A stretch of DNA of 64,000 nt from Oscillospiraceae bacterium (GTDB taxonomy: Bacteria > Bacillota > Clostridia > Oscillospirales > Oscillospiraceae). The notes under the pieces are model-generated. The model searched no databases. It was not told the DNA's origin and saw only the letters and a program-made list of their open reading frames with translations. The stretch lies in assembly GCA_024404315.1 (NCBI GenBank), contig JAKSQD010000005.1:599-64598 (forward strand), given 5' to 3'. Shown here in pieces: positions 1 through 9,728 of the stretch; the first letter of the stretch is position 1, and each line of letters starts with the position of its first letter. The translations under genes and the position numbers were made by a program.

Positions 1-116
1 TTCTCTGCTGGCGCTTCCCCCTCCTGTGTTTTTGCGTTATTGTTGAGACGATTTCCCAATTCGGAGATTTTACGCTGGAGATCAGCACGTTCGGTTAATG
101 CGGTTGCCAGTTTCAT
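1..116 (-). CDS. 5' part of a DIP1984/DUF6847-like coiled-coil protein (runs off the window edge)
   Basis: My translation of the minus strand from ATG at 116 gives MKLATALTERADLQRKISELGNRLNNNAKTQEGEAPAE, with SD GAAAGGAG upstream. This matches the MKLAEAL..RADL..RI..L..RL..NA..QEGE.P pattern of that family. Not in the ORF track because it is truncated. Confidence 0.7.
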   Translation of the reverse strand, partial: MKLATALTERADLQRKISELGNRLNNNAKTQEGEAPAE

Positions 117-173
117 GCTATTTGCTCCTTTCCATGACACTTCTCATCACAACGGTTTTGATAAGGCAACTTT

Positions 174-202
174 ATTATAAGAAATCAGCAGCAAATTGTA
201 AA
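174..202 (-). promoter_or_regulatory. sigma-A promoter for the edge gene
   Basis: Minus strand TTTACA-17 bp-TATAAT. Confidence 0.7.
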
Positions 203-273
203 GACTTTTCGTCAAAAAGACCCTCTGAGCCGATGACAGCACCGTACCCAGAGGGAATTGACTTTATGTGTGA

Positions 274-2694
274 TTATTCCGCAGGAGCTTCTGTGGCTTC
301 CTGTGCCGAAGCTTCGCCGCCGTTATCGCCGCCGGACTCTCCACCACCGGAGGAATCGCCGCTATGATTACCGCCACCGGATTCTCCGCCAGAGTTGCCG
401 GAGTTATCGCCGCCGGAAGAGCTGTTACCACCGGAAGAGCCGCCATTGTCACCGCCGCTGGACTCACCACCGGAGCTGCCAGAGTTGTCACCACCAGAGG
501 AACCACTATCACCGGAAGAGCTGTTACCACCGGAAGAGCCGCCATTGTCGCCACCGCCGGACTCACTACCGGAGCTGCCGGAGTTATCGCCGCCAGAGGG
601 ATCGCTATTGCCGGAAGAGCTATTACCATCCGAAGAGCCGCCATTATCGCCGCCGCCGGATTCGCCACCGGAGTTGCCAGAGTTATCACCGCCAGAGGGA
701 CCGCTATTGCCGGAAGAGCCGCCGCTGGTGTCCTTATCCTTATCTTTGTCCTTGTCTTTATCCTTATCCTTGGACGGGGTTTTGTCCTTGTCCTTAGAAG
801 GCGTCTTATCTTTGTCCTTAGAGGGAGTTTTGTCCTTGGAAGGTGTCTTATCCTTAGAAGGAGTCTTGTCCTTGTTTGTACTCGTGTTGCTGGAGGGAGT
901 CTTTTCTTCGTTCTTGGAGGTTTCCTGACTGGAGCTGGTTTCCTCATTCGTAGGCTTGGAAACAACGGGCTTTGTTTCTCCGCTGCTCACGGTCACGTTA
1001 ATGGTCTTAGAAGCGCTGAAATAGGAAGCAGTAGAAGCCGCTTTGACCGTGATGGTAGCGGAACCGGTGCCGACTACGTTCACCCAGCCGTCTTTGTCCA
1101 CGGTCACAACGCTGTGATTGCTGGATTCATAGCTCAATGCACCATCGCCGCTGTTGGTGACATCCAGCCGGAAGCCGCCGTCAGTGATGTACTTATAATA
1201 GGAAGAAGTGCCGCTGATGGTTTGGATGCGATCCTCCGCAGAAACGCCGCCATAGAGAATCACATAGCTCCCCACGTCCACATTCTCAAAAACCTTACTG
1301 GCCAAGCTCAAAGGCATATTGATGCAGCCATGGGAGCCGCTTTCCAGGTAAACGTCACCGCCAAATTCTGCATCAGAACGCCAGGTAGCGTCATGGAGGC
1401 CAATGCCGCCGTTAAAGGGCATCCAATAGCTTACCCAGTCGTGCCAGGTGGGGCCGTTGAGCCAGCGGTCGGTTTCCATAGACTTGATGGTATACAGGCC
1501 GCCGGGGGTAGCGCAGTTATCGGCCACGTTACCGGAACAAATGGGGCCTTCTGCTACCAACTGATGCTTGCGATACACCCACAGGTGCTGATTGTCCAAA
1601 TCGACTTCCACATAGCTGCCGCCCAAGTCGGTGGTACCAGAAATACCGATGGAAGTAGAAGCATAAGGCGCTGTGCGGATTCCGCTCTCCATATTGTCGA
1701 TGCAGGAAATGATATCGTTATAAAGAGCGTCCTGATCCACGGTTTCATCGCAGGCAGGAAAATCAACGGGAACCAAATCACCATTGGTAGTAACAAACTG
1801 AGAATGAGAAGAAGAGGTTTCCTTCACAGAATAACGGTCATATGCTTCTTCAGCAAAGGCCTGCACTGCATTGGTGTCTGCGCTGATGGAAATACCGTCT
1901 TCATCCACATACAGCCACTGACTGAGCTGCTTATGGCCGATTTTCTCTTTACCGGAGATTTTCTTTCCAGGGACTTTAAACTCATAGGTCAGTTTCAGGT
2001 TCAGCTTTGCGTTGGCATCCTCCAGCGCCTTCTGCATGACCTCTCCCGCTTCGGTACGGATGGGCTGACCATACAGGCCGCTTTCCACGGCGTTGATGCT
2101 GGGATTGAGGATTTTCATCTGCTGTTCCATGACTCGAACCAGCTCCACGGTGTCGATGGTTCCGCCCACGGTCTCAGGGGCAATTAAGAAAACGCTGTTT
2201 TCCTCGTCGAAAACCAGGGTAGCATCCGTGGACTGGTCGCCTTCGTGACGATCCAGGTCATCCCAAGAGAGGCAGGCACTTTGCAGCGCCGCCACATCGC
2301 ATTGAAACAGATCTCTGTCCATCAGTTCCAAATCAGAATAGGAGACATTTGCCTCTTCAATTTTATTCTGTGCTTTAACCAGTTTTTTCAGGTTATTTTT
2401 TTCATTGACCTCCAGCTTGACATCAGCGCCGGAAATCTTCCGCTGGCCGTCTGCGAAATCCACGGTCAGCTCGTACTCCTTCGCCAAGTCAACAAACTTT
2501 GCTTCCGCCTGATCGGCTGTCAGACCGGAAACGTCCTGACCATTGACCGTGGTTCCATCATAAAAGGCTTTCTTGCTGCCGGTGGCCACGATCATTCGCA
2601 CAAGGGCAAAGGACAGCAGGCACACAACCATTGCCACTGTCATGATAACCGCATAAAAAGCGGTATTTTTCTTAGAAGGGGTTTGATTGGACAT
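274..2694 (-). CDS. Membrane-anchored L,D-transpeptidase (YkuD domain) with PG-binding-like repeats, an Ig-like domain and a long low-complexity C-terminal tail
   Basis: GIGLHDATW...GSHGCINM catalytic motif; YVEVDLDNQHL strand; N-terminal TM helix. Start moved to ATG 2694 (SD GAGAGGAG), which avoids overlap with the upstream gene. Confidence 0.9.
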   Translation of the reverse strand: MSNQTPSKKNTAFYAVIMTVAMVVCLLSFALVRMIVATGSKKAFYDGTTVNGQDVSGLTADQAEAKFVDLAKEYELTVDFADGQRKISGADVKLEVNEKNNLKKLVKAQNKIEEANVSYSDLELMDRDLFQCDVAALQSACLSWDDLDRHEGDQSTDATLVFDEENSVFLIAPETVGGTIDTVELVRVMEQQMKILNPSINAVESGLYGQPIRTEAGEVMQKALEDANAKLNLKLTYEFKVPGKKISGKEKIGHKQLSQWLYVDEDGISISADTNAVQAFAEEAYDRYSVKETSSSHSQFVTTNGDLVPVDFPACDETVDQDALYNDIISCIDNMESGIRTAPYASTSIGISGTTDLGGSYVEVDLDNQHLWVYRKHQLVAEGPICSGNVADNCATPGGLYTIKSMETDRWLNGPTWHDWVSYWMPFNGGIGLHDATWRSDAEFGGDVYLESGSHGCINMPLSLASKVFENVDVGSYVILYGGVSAEDRIQTISGTSSYYKYITDGGFRLDVTNSGDGALSYESSNHSVVTVDKDGWVNVVGTGSATITVKAASTASYFSASKTINVTVSSGETKPVVSKPTNEETSSSQETSKNEEKTPSSNTSTNKDKTPSKDKTPSKDKTPSKDKDKTPSKDKDKTPSKDKDKDKDKDKDKDTSGGSSGNSGPSGGDNSGNSGGESGGGDNGGSSDGNSSSGNSDPSGGDNSGSSGSESGGGDNGGSSGGNSSSGDSGSSGGDNSGSSGGESSGGDNGGSSGGNSSSGGDNSGNSGGESGGGNHSGDSSGGGESGGDNGGEASAQEATEAPAE
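366..714. repeat. Intragenic 99-bp tandem repeat (3 full copies plus a partial) encoding SG(N/D)SxxSGGDNSGxSGxESxGGDNGGSSxGNSS
   Basis: Unit starts at 714, 615, 516 and 417 on the minus strand. Confidence 0.9.
730..885. repeat. Intragenic short tandem repeats encoding (KDKTPS)n and (DK)n
   Basis: Translation KDKTPSKDKTPSKDKTPSKDKDKTPSKDKDKTPSKDKDKDKDKDKDKD. Confidence 0.9.
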
Positions 2695-2719
2695 TTGTGA
2701 GTTGTTACTCCTCTCGTTC

Positions 2720-4390
2720 TCAATTCTTCGTAATGGTAAGCGGGGCATCCACGCCCAGCGCCTCCAGCAGCTCCTGAATGGCGCTCAAATCCTGATCGGT
2801 GACGCTTCGGCTGTAGACAAAAAGATCCAGACAGACCGATTTTTCACTATCGGGAATGGTAATGGTGCTGGTTAGAATGGTGACATCCTGTTCGAGTTCT
2901 TCGTCATAATAGCCGATGCCGCCCATGGCTGTTTTTTGATCGGCAGAGGTTTTCACCGTTCCCTTTTGCGTGATGGAGTATCCATACTCATCCCGGAAGG
3001 TTTCCTCAAAGACCATCATATTATCCTGAACCTGTTTTTGAGGATCCCGAGCAGAGACGCTGGAATATTCCAGGACATAGCCATTACTGCTCAGGAAAAT
3101 ATCCACAACAGCGTTGTTTTCCCGTTCCACTTCCGCCGCAGCGTAATTCAGAGGAACAGGAACGGAGCGTTTTTTGCCATCCTCCGTATAAAGGTCTGTG
3201 AAACCAATATACTCGTGTTGGTCTGTCAGCGTAACCTCCAACTGTTCCGCAGGCTCCTCCTCATTGCCGTTCAAATTCTCGGGAGGCACTTCCCCTGCCT
3301 CGGAAGGAGTCTCCTGACGAATTCTGCGATAAATCTCACTGTAGGAATAAAGCTCTGCCAAGGGCTCAGGTACCTCAGAGGACGCAGTGGACTTTGGCAA
3401 TTCGTCTTGCTCCTGTGCTTGGGCGGGAGCAACGCTCAAGCGGTAATTGCGTGAACGCTCCCGATTGTCCGTCCAGTCGATGGTATAGCCGGATTCCTCG
3501 TTCCCACTGGCGACGACCTGAAGGCTCCAATCCTGCCAGGTGTCGGACGCTTCCACATGGGAGAGCGTTTCGTGGAGCTGTTCCACCGTTTCCCACTTCG
3601 TGATGAACCAATCCTCAGCGTTCATACCGTAAGAAACCAAAACGTCCGCAAAACCAGCTTTTAACGTTTGGACAACGCCTTGTTTGTAAACGTCTTGATT
3701 TTCCACAAGGCTGCCGGTCAATTTTAACAGCTCCGCTTGCAGGTCGTCCGATGCAAGCAGCAGAGAGCTGCTGTTTTCCCCGTTTTGGGTCTGGGAAGAA
3801 ACCGATTCTTTGACCGAATCATATACCTGTTTCAACATTTCCCGGGAAACGGAAAGAGTTCCGCTCTCAGAACTGGTCCAGGGATCCTCCCCGAGGTCAA
3901 AGGAAACATACTGCGTGGGAAGTTTCTCCGCAATTTTGAGAAGGTCGGCTTGAAAGTCCGCTTTGTCTTCTTCCTCCAGCGTGGTCAACTGTGTGTATTG
4001 CTTGGCCAGGGTTTCGGAAGCCGTCTTTGCGTCCATCAGAACGGTGCTTCCGTTTACATAAAATGTGGTGAGAGGGATTTCTTCCAGCGTCACCTGGATG
4101 GCAGCCTGTTTCAAACGGGCAAAGGAAACTCCTTCCATCAGAAGCAGGCTATGACCCGTTGTACCGTCTGAATTGACACTGTTGATCTGGAACGAAAAGC
4201 GATATTCTTTCAGCTTCCGAATTGCTTCCCAGGTCTGAAACACATCCATAGCTTGCGGCGCAGTAGGCTCCTGCTCTCCCACATCCGCAACGCTGGTTTC
4301 TCCTGACAGAGAGGGGGGCTTTTTCCCACAGGAAAGGAGCGAAAGAGCCATGCAGAAGGCGAGCAAAAGCGCAGTTATTCGTTTCAACAT
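2720..4390 (-). CDS. Hypothetical lipoprotein (556 aa)
   Basis: Signal peptide with lipobox LLSC; long ORF with SD; acidic linker separating two domains. Confidence 0.75.
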   Translation of the reverse strand: MLKRITALLLAFCMALSLLSCGKKPPSLSGETSVADVGEQEPTAPQAMDVFQTWEAIRKLKEYRFSFQINSVNSDGTTGHSLLLMEGVSFARLKQAAIQVTLEEIPLTTFYVNGSTVLMDAKTASETLAKQYTQLTTLEEEDKADFQADLLKIAEKLPTQYVSFDLGEDPWTSSESGTLSVSREMLKQVYDSVKESVSSQTQNGENSSSLLLASDDLQAELLKLTGSLVENQDVYKQGVVQTLKAGFADVLVSYGMNAEDWFITKWETVEQLHETLSHVEASDTWQDWSLQVVASGNEESGYTIDWTDNRERSRNYRLSVAPAQAQEQDELPKSTASSEVPEPLAELYSYSEIYRRIRQETPSEAGEVPPENLNGNEEEPAEQLEVTLTDQHEYIGFTDLYTEDGKKRSVPVPLNYAAAEVERENNAVVDIFLSSNGYVLEYSSVSARDPQKQVQDNMMVFEETFRDEYGYSITQKGTVKTSADQKTAMGGIGYYDEELEQDVTILTSTITIPDSEKSVCLDLFVYSRSVTDQDLSAIQELLEALGVDAPLTITKN

Positions 4391-4671
4391 CCTATATCCT
4401 CGTTTCTATCTGATGAAAACCGATGATTTATGCCATTGGCTTGAGCCTTCTATTTCACAACCGCTGACAAGAAAGCTCAGAATATACTTTACTACTCGCC
4501 GTAAAAAAAAGCAATGACCAAATTGTAAATTCCAAAAAATCTCAAAATAAAAGGAAGAAAATGGTTCTATCCGTCCGATTCTTTGGGATGGATACCACAA
4601 AAAATGCGCCCAGCCGCAGCAAACGGCCAGACACATTTTTGATACGCTTTCTTTTTAGTGAACAGCATCTT

Positions 4672-5619
4672 TTAGTGAACAGCTTCCTCTATCAAGAAAT
4701 GGACAAAGTTCCTTGCTCCTTCTTGGTTCAAATGGTCAGAGTTCATAAACCAGGCGTAATTGTCAGAAAAGCGCTCATCGAAAGCGTAATCGTAATATTC
4801 CACGCCGGTGTCATTGACCACTTGATTGACAATGGAATAGAACTGGTCATAAAAACCGGGGGCATTTTTTTTGACTGCGTTGGTATATTCGGCCAGATAA
4901 GGCGTTGTCACCAGAATCGGCGTGGCTCCCTGCTTTTGACAGCCCTCAATCAACGCATAAAGGGCATCCACTGATTCTTGGTTGAGAAGCAACTGACCGG
5001 TTTGCTCGTCTTGGTTGTATTCGATGTGGCGCACATAGGCTCCTTCCGCATCAGCGGACACGTCAATATCGAAGGCGACTCTTTGCCAGTCGTCACCACC
5101 GTCGTCAACTGTTTTTCCCAACAACGTTTTGATAAGCACATCTGTTTCCGCTCCCAGGGCAGGCACATAATGCGTAAACAAATCGGTTGCAAAATCGTAT
5201 TGTTTGATGAGTTTAGCAGGAAGAATGGGGTAGTATCTTGCGTTTTTGGACGCAAAATCCTCACTATTCTCTTCCGGCTCGCCGAAGAAGGAAAAATAAG
5301 ACAAGGTAATAAACACAACCGCATGTTCCCTGATGTGGTCTTTGTATTCTTGAAAAAGGCGGTAATCGTAGGAAAGAGATTGCGCTGACAGACCGAAATT
5401 AAAGCAGGCATCTTTCTCCTCAAGCTCCTCATAATCGTAGCTGTATAAGCCATGAGACGACCCGAAATTACAAATTTGAATTTCGTTTGGGATATTCTGG
5501 AATTTTCTGATGTAATTGGGATCGCTTTTGTCTCGTTTTACATAGACAATATTCACCGATTCCACCACAACCGCTAGGATAACGGCAAACAGAATCAGTT
5601 TGCTAATCAATTTTTTCAT
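4672..5619 (-). CDS. SGNH-like extracytoplasmic acyltransferase/esterase partner of MBOAT (PatB/AlgX/DltD-like)
   Basis: N-terminal TM helix, FGSSHG block I, NFG block, C-terminal SDHLN; directly downstream of the MBOAT gene. Confidence 0.65.
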   Translation of the reverse strand: MKKLISKLILFAVILAVVVESVNIVYVKRDKSDPNYIRKFQNIPNEIQICNFGSSHGLYSYDYEELEEKDACFNFGLSAQSLSYDYRLFQEYKDHIREHAVVFITLSYFSFFGEPEENSEDFASKNARYYPILPAKLIKQYDFATDLFTHYVPALGAETDVLIKTLLGKTVDDGGDDWQRVAFDIDVSADAEGAYVRHIEYNQDEQTGQLLLNQESVDALYALIEGCQKQGATPILVTTPYLAEYTNAVKKNAPGFYDQFYSIVNQVVNDTGVEYYDYAFDERFSDNYAWFMNSDHLNQEGARNFVHFLIEEAVH

Positions 5620-5625
5620 TTTTCT

Positions 5626-7071
5626 TTAGAACTGAAAATAAACAAATTCAGCTGCTACTCCTTTCTGCGAAAAGAACACGATGATCCATCCCAGGCAGAG
5701 ATACACAAGCCAACGAATGACCACGTTTTTCTTGCTGATTTCCTGAATAACATCCACTTGGAGGGAGAAATAATCATAGGCGGCCATCATGAAAATCAAG
5801 CAAGCCTCTTTCAAGAGGATGAATTTCTCCATTTCGATGGCGGCAAGGCCATCCTTCACATAGGCCAGCGGTGCGCTGATTCCGGTGAACAAGTGGCTGA
5901 TAACATAAAAAGCGTCTTGAACAGAATGAGACACAAAGAAAATCCACGCAAATGAGGCAAAGGCAAAGACAAACGCCACTCGAACCAGCCAGAAAATCCC
6001 TTTGCTCCGTCTTTTAATGGTTTGTTTGGGAACCAGAATGGATTCTACCACCTGGCCAGCGCCATGGATGCCGCCCCACAGTACAAAGGTCCAGTTGGCT
6101 CCATGCCACAATCCGCTGACCAAAAAGACAATCATCAGGTTGAGGTGATATCTGATTTTACTGACACGATTGCCGCCCAAGGGAATATAGACGTAATCCC
6201 GAAACCAGGTGGACAAGGAAATATGCCAGCGACTCCAGAATTCTTTGATGCTCTGGGAAAAATAAGGGCTTTTGAAGTTGGTCATCAGATTGATGCCCAG
6301 CAGCTTGGAGGTTCCAATGGCAATGTCGGAATATCCCGAAAAGTCACAATAAATTTGCAGGGTGAAAAACAGGGTAGCAAGTACAAGGGCAAAGCCGGAA
6401 AAGTTTTGGGGCGCATCATACACCCAACTGACATACGGAGAAAGGGTATCTGCAATGACAATTTTCTTGAAATATCCCCAGGCTATCAGCTTTAAGCCAT
6501 AGGTTGCCTGGTTATAATCAAAGGTGTGGTGTTTTTTTATCTGGGGGAGCAGATTGCTGGTTCTCTCGATGGGGCCAGCGACCAGCTGCGGAAAAAACGA
6601 AATAAAAGCGGCATAGTATCCAAAATGGCGTTCTGCCGCCACATCGCCTCGATACACATCAATGACATAGCTCAAGGTTTGGAAGGTATAGAAGGAAATT
6701 CCAACCGGCAGCAGCAAGTTTAAGGTAATGGGATTCATTTTGATGGCGAACAACGCCAGAAAATCGGCAACGGAACCGCTTACGAAATTAAAATACTTAA
6801 AGAAGAACAGCACGCCCAAACACAAAACCGCAGTGCCCACCAGAATCCATTTTTTTCGTTTTTGCATTTCTTCCTGTTCCAGCAGTCTGGCCGCTCCATA
6901 AGAAATGATGGTGGTAAACAGGATGAGAAACACATACTTTGCGTTCCAGCTCATATAAAAATAATAGCTGGCAAGCAGAATCAAAATCCACCGGTATTTG
7001 TGTGGCAACGCCCAATAGAGAGCAAAGACAATGGGCAAAAAAAGAGCAAAGGCAAATGAATTAAACAGCAT
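5626..7071 (-). CDS. MBOAT family O-acyltransferase (AlgI/PatA/DltB-like)
   Basis: LPVGISFYTFQ, FFPQLVAGPIER, WHISLSTWFRDYVYIPLGGNR, GLWHGANWTF. Confidence 0.95.
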   Translation of the reverse strand: MLFNSFAFALFLPIVFALYWALPHKYRWILILLASYYFYMSWNAKYVFLILFTTIISYGAARLLEQEEMQKRKKWILVGTAVLCLGVLFFFKYFNFVSGSVADFLALFAIKMNPITLNLLLPVGISFYTFQTLSYVIDVYRGDVAAERHFGYYAAFISFFPQLVAGPIERTSNLLPQIKKHHTFDYNQATYGLKLIAWGYFKKIVIADTLSPYVSWVYDAPQNFSGFALVLATLFFTLQIYCDFSGYSDIAIGTSKLLGINLMTNFKSPYFSQSIKEFWSRWHISLSTWFRDYVYIPLGGNRVSKIRYHLNLMIVFLVSGLWHGANWTFVLWGGIHGAGQVVESILVPKQTIKRRSKGIFWLVRVAFVFAFASFAWIFFVSHSVQDAFYVISHLFTGISAPLAYVKDGLAAIEMEKFILLKEACLIFMMAAYDYFSLQVDVIQEISKKNVVIRWLVYLCLGWIIVFFSQKGVAAEFVYFQF

Positions 7072-7611
7072 TGCTTACACGTTCCTTTAAACAAAAAATA
7101 AAGTTGGAAATCTATCGTTGACGTTTTTTCTTTCTGTGCTTCCTTTTAAAATTTTGTTGTAATGACCCGAAAATACGCATGGGATAGTATATCATGCCCC
7201 ACCCCTCTTTGCAAGCAAAATGAAACTTCACAATCAAAATTTCCCGTCCCCATTTCGCCCCATTTCGTACTGCTGGACGGACAGCAAAAACAAGGCTGGC
7301 TTTGGGAATTAACAAATATTTCATACTTCGTTTTCAAATTAGACATCATATGCCAAACGGGATATGGTATTCTATTTTCACAGCAAGGAAGCATGACAGC
7401 AGCTTACCAAACACAAATTCCGGTTTTCACCGTTTTTATATTGCTTTTCTCCTCCTCCTTTCTTTTCTTTTCATTTCTTTCCCTTCAAAAAACGTTCTGC
7501 TCTTCGTGGGCAGGGCGTTTTTTGATTGTTCCTTTCGTTATCAAGACGCAGAAACCCCCTGACGTGGCTCTACGCTGCTCCATCAGGGGGTGTTGTCATG
7601 CTTATGTGGTT

Positions 7612-8439
7612 CTATGATTCGTTTTTTCTTGTTTTTTTGAACAGCAGGTTCCAAAGGAGGATACCTCCAAAGATTCCCATGGTAACAAGAGCCACCATTT
7701 GAGAGACACGGATTCCAGTGTGGAAGAAATAGAGGCTGTCTGTTCGGAGTCCCTCAATCCAAAAACGCCCCATTCCATACCAGAACGCATAGAAGCAAAA
7801 CAGCATTCCATGGAACTTGCGATGATGGCGCACAACGAAAAACAAGAGCGCCAGTCCCACCAGATTCCACAGGCACTCATAGAGGAAGGTGGGATGCACT
7901 TCCATATAAGTACCGTCGTAGAGCGTCAAGCCCATGCGCCAAGGCAGGTTGGTGGGGCCGCCGTGGGCTTCCTGATTGAAGAAGTTACCCCAGCGTCCAA
8001 TGGCCTGGCCGGTGAACAAGCCAAAGGCGTAAGCGTCCATCACAGAAAGGACACTGCATTTTTTCAGGAGACACACGACGACGCAGGTCAACACACCGCC
8101 GATCAATCCGCCGTAGATGGCGATTCCACCATCCCAAATGGCGACGGCCTCCGCCCAGTTAAAGGAGCCGTCTGGATTTGTATAAAGCTCCAAGTAGAAG
8201 ATTACATAGTAGATACGAGCGCAGACAATGCCGATGGGGGCGGCGTAAAGAATGACATCCAGGATATCATCCGGCGTGACCCCCAAGCGTTGCGCCTGAC
8301 TGGAAGCAAAGCTGACACCCAGGATAAAACCAATCGCAATGATGATACCATACCAATAGATGTCTTTGCTGCCGATAGAAAAGGCCACTCGTTCCAGCTG
8401 GAAGGTCAGACCCAGTCCGGGAAAAGTAATGGGATTCAT
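7612..8439 (-). CDS. lgt: Prolipoprotein diacylglyceryl transferase
   Basis: WYGIII, ARIYYV, WDGGIAIYGG, QAIGRWGNFFNQEAHG, HPTFLYE. Confidence 0.97.
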   Translation of the reverse strand: MNPITFPGLGLTFQLERVAFSIGSKDIYWYGIIIAIGFILGVSFASSQAQRLGVTPDDILDVILYAAPIGIVCARIYYVIFYLELYTNPDGSFNWAEAVAIWDGGIAIYGGLIGGVLTCVVVCLLKKCSVLSVMDAYAFGLFTGQAIGRWGNFFNQEAHGGPTNLPWRMGLTLYDGTYMEVHPTFLYECLWNLVGLALLFFVVRHHRKFHGMLFCFYAFWYGMGRFWIEGLRTDSLYFFHTGIRVSQMVALVTMGIFGGILLWNLLFKKTRKNES

Positions 8440-9728
8440 AGTTGATCCTTTCCATGTGTTTTGGGTAGAATCTCCGCAAAAGCGGCTCGCTCCTTGGTCA
8501 GCACCCGGTTGAGGAACTGTTCCACGTCGTCCTTGGTAATGCTGTCAAAGACCTCTGGGAAGTGGTAATAGTGATATCCCTTGAATTCACCCTTTGCCAG
8601 CTGCACGCAGCAATGCTCAAACGAATTCAGGCTGCGAACTCGGCTTCCGTAGCAGGCACGCTTGCAGCGGAGGAATGCTTCGTCGGAGATACCCTGCTGA
8701 CGGATGCGCTCTCCTTCTTCCAGCAGCAAATCCACCACCTTGGAGGGGTTGTCCGTCTCGCCGCCCATGAGGAGGAAAGCAGCACCGGGATAATTATCAT
8801 ATCCTACGCCGAAGGTTTTATTGATGAGCCCCTCGTCATAGAGCTTCTGATAGACGGCGCTGGAGGTGCCGCAAAACAGCTCTCCAGCCAGCTCACCAAT
8901 GAGCTCCATTCTGAGCGCATTCTTTCCCGCTTCGTGCGGCTCGGCCTTGAAGCCCAGCAAAAAATCAGAGGTGGAAACCTCCATCGCACGGGAGAGGTGG
9001 AAGTGGGCGGCGTTCATCGTTTCGGGCGCTCCGTGGTCTTTTGCCGCCTGCTCACGAGCCTGGGCAGGCAGCACCATGCGAGCAATGGCGGATACCTGCT
9101 CGGGATCCACGTCACCGGCAATGCAGAGAACCATGTTTCCGGGGTGATAGAAGGCTCGATGACAGTGCTCCAGCGTTTCAGCGGTAATATGGGAGATGCT
9201 TTCCTGACTGCCAGCGACGGAAACCCGAAGCGGGTGGTGGTCATACAGTCCCTCCAGCAGCAGATGGAAGAGCTGCCAGCCGGGGTTATCCTCAATCATG
9301 CCGATTTCCTGGCCAATGATTCCCTGTTCCTTATTCACAGATTCCTGGGTGAAGTAAGGCGTGGAAACAAAAGTCAGCAGCAGGCGAAGATTGGATTCAA
9401 AATGACGGGTGCATTCAAAATGATAGGCTGTGAGAGCGGAGCTGGTGAACGCATTGGGGGAAGCTCCACTGGCGGACAGCTGCATCAGGGCGTTGCCATC
9501 CGGCATGTCAAACATCTTATGCTCCAGATAGTGGGCAACACCGGCGGGAGTGTCCTCCCACTTTCCATCCAACTGAAAGCGCATATCCATGCCGCCATAG
9601 GACGTGGCAAAAAACGCATAGCTCTTTTCAAATTCGGGTTTCACGGCGACATAAATGGGCAGACCATTTTCCAGCCGCTCGAAGTAGCAGGTTTCCGCCA
9701 ATCTGGGAAAATTGACTCGTTCCATCAT
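8436..9728 (-). CDS. ymfH: M16 family zinc peptidase (YmfH-like)
   Basis: GVAHYLEHKMF (HxxEH), NAFTS, KEQGIIGQEI. Confidence 0.88.
   Translation of the reverse strand: MMERVNFPRLAETCYFERLENGLPIYVAVKPEFEKSYAFFATSYGGMDMRFQLDGKWEDTPAGVAHYLEHKMFDMPDGNALMQLSASGASPNAFTSSALTAYHFECTRHFESNLRLLLTFVSTPYFTQESVNKEQGIIGQEIGMIEDNPGWQLFHLLLEGLYDHHPLRVSVAGSQESISHITAETLEHCHRAFYHPGNMVLCIAGDVDPEQVSAIARMVLPAQAREQAAKDHGAPETMNAAHFHLSRAMEVSTSDFLLGFKAEPHEAGKNALRMELIGELAGELFCGTSSAVYQKLYDEGLINKTFGVGYDNYPGAAFLLMGGETDNPSKVVDLLLEEGERIRQQGISDEAFLRCKRACYGSRVRSLNSFEHCCVQLAKGEFKGYHYYHFPEVFDSITKDDVEQFLNRVLTKERAAFAEILPKTHGKDQL

Noticed and set aside
366-885. Periodic DNA that could be mistaken for a CRISPR array
   Set aside because: Units are contiguous in-frame coding repeats with no unique spacers.
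364-2187. 607-aa plus-strand ORF and other long antisense ORFs (e.g. 12396-14051, 18696-20033, 21652-23130, 47469-48878, 59962-61308)
   Set aside because: Shadow frames of well-supported genes on the opposite strand; no motifs or SD.
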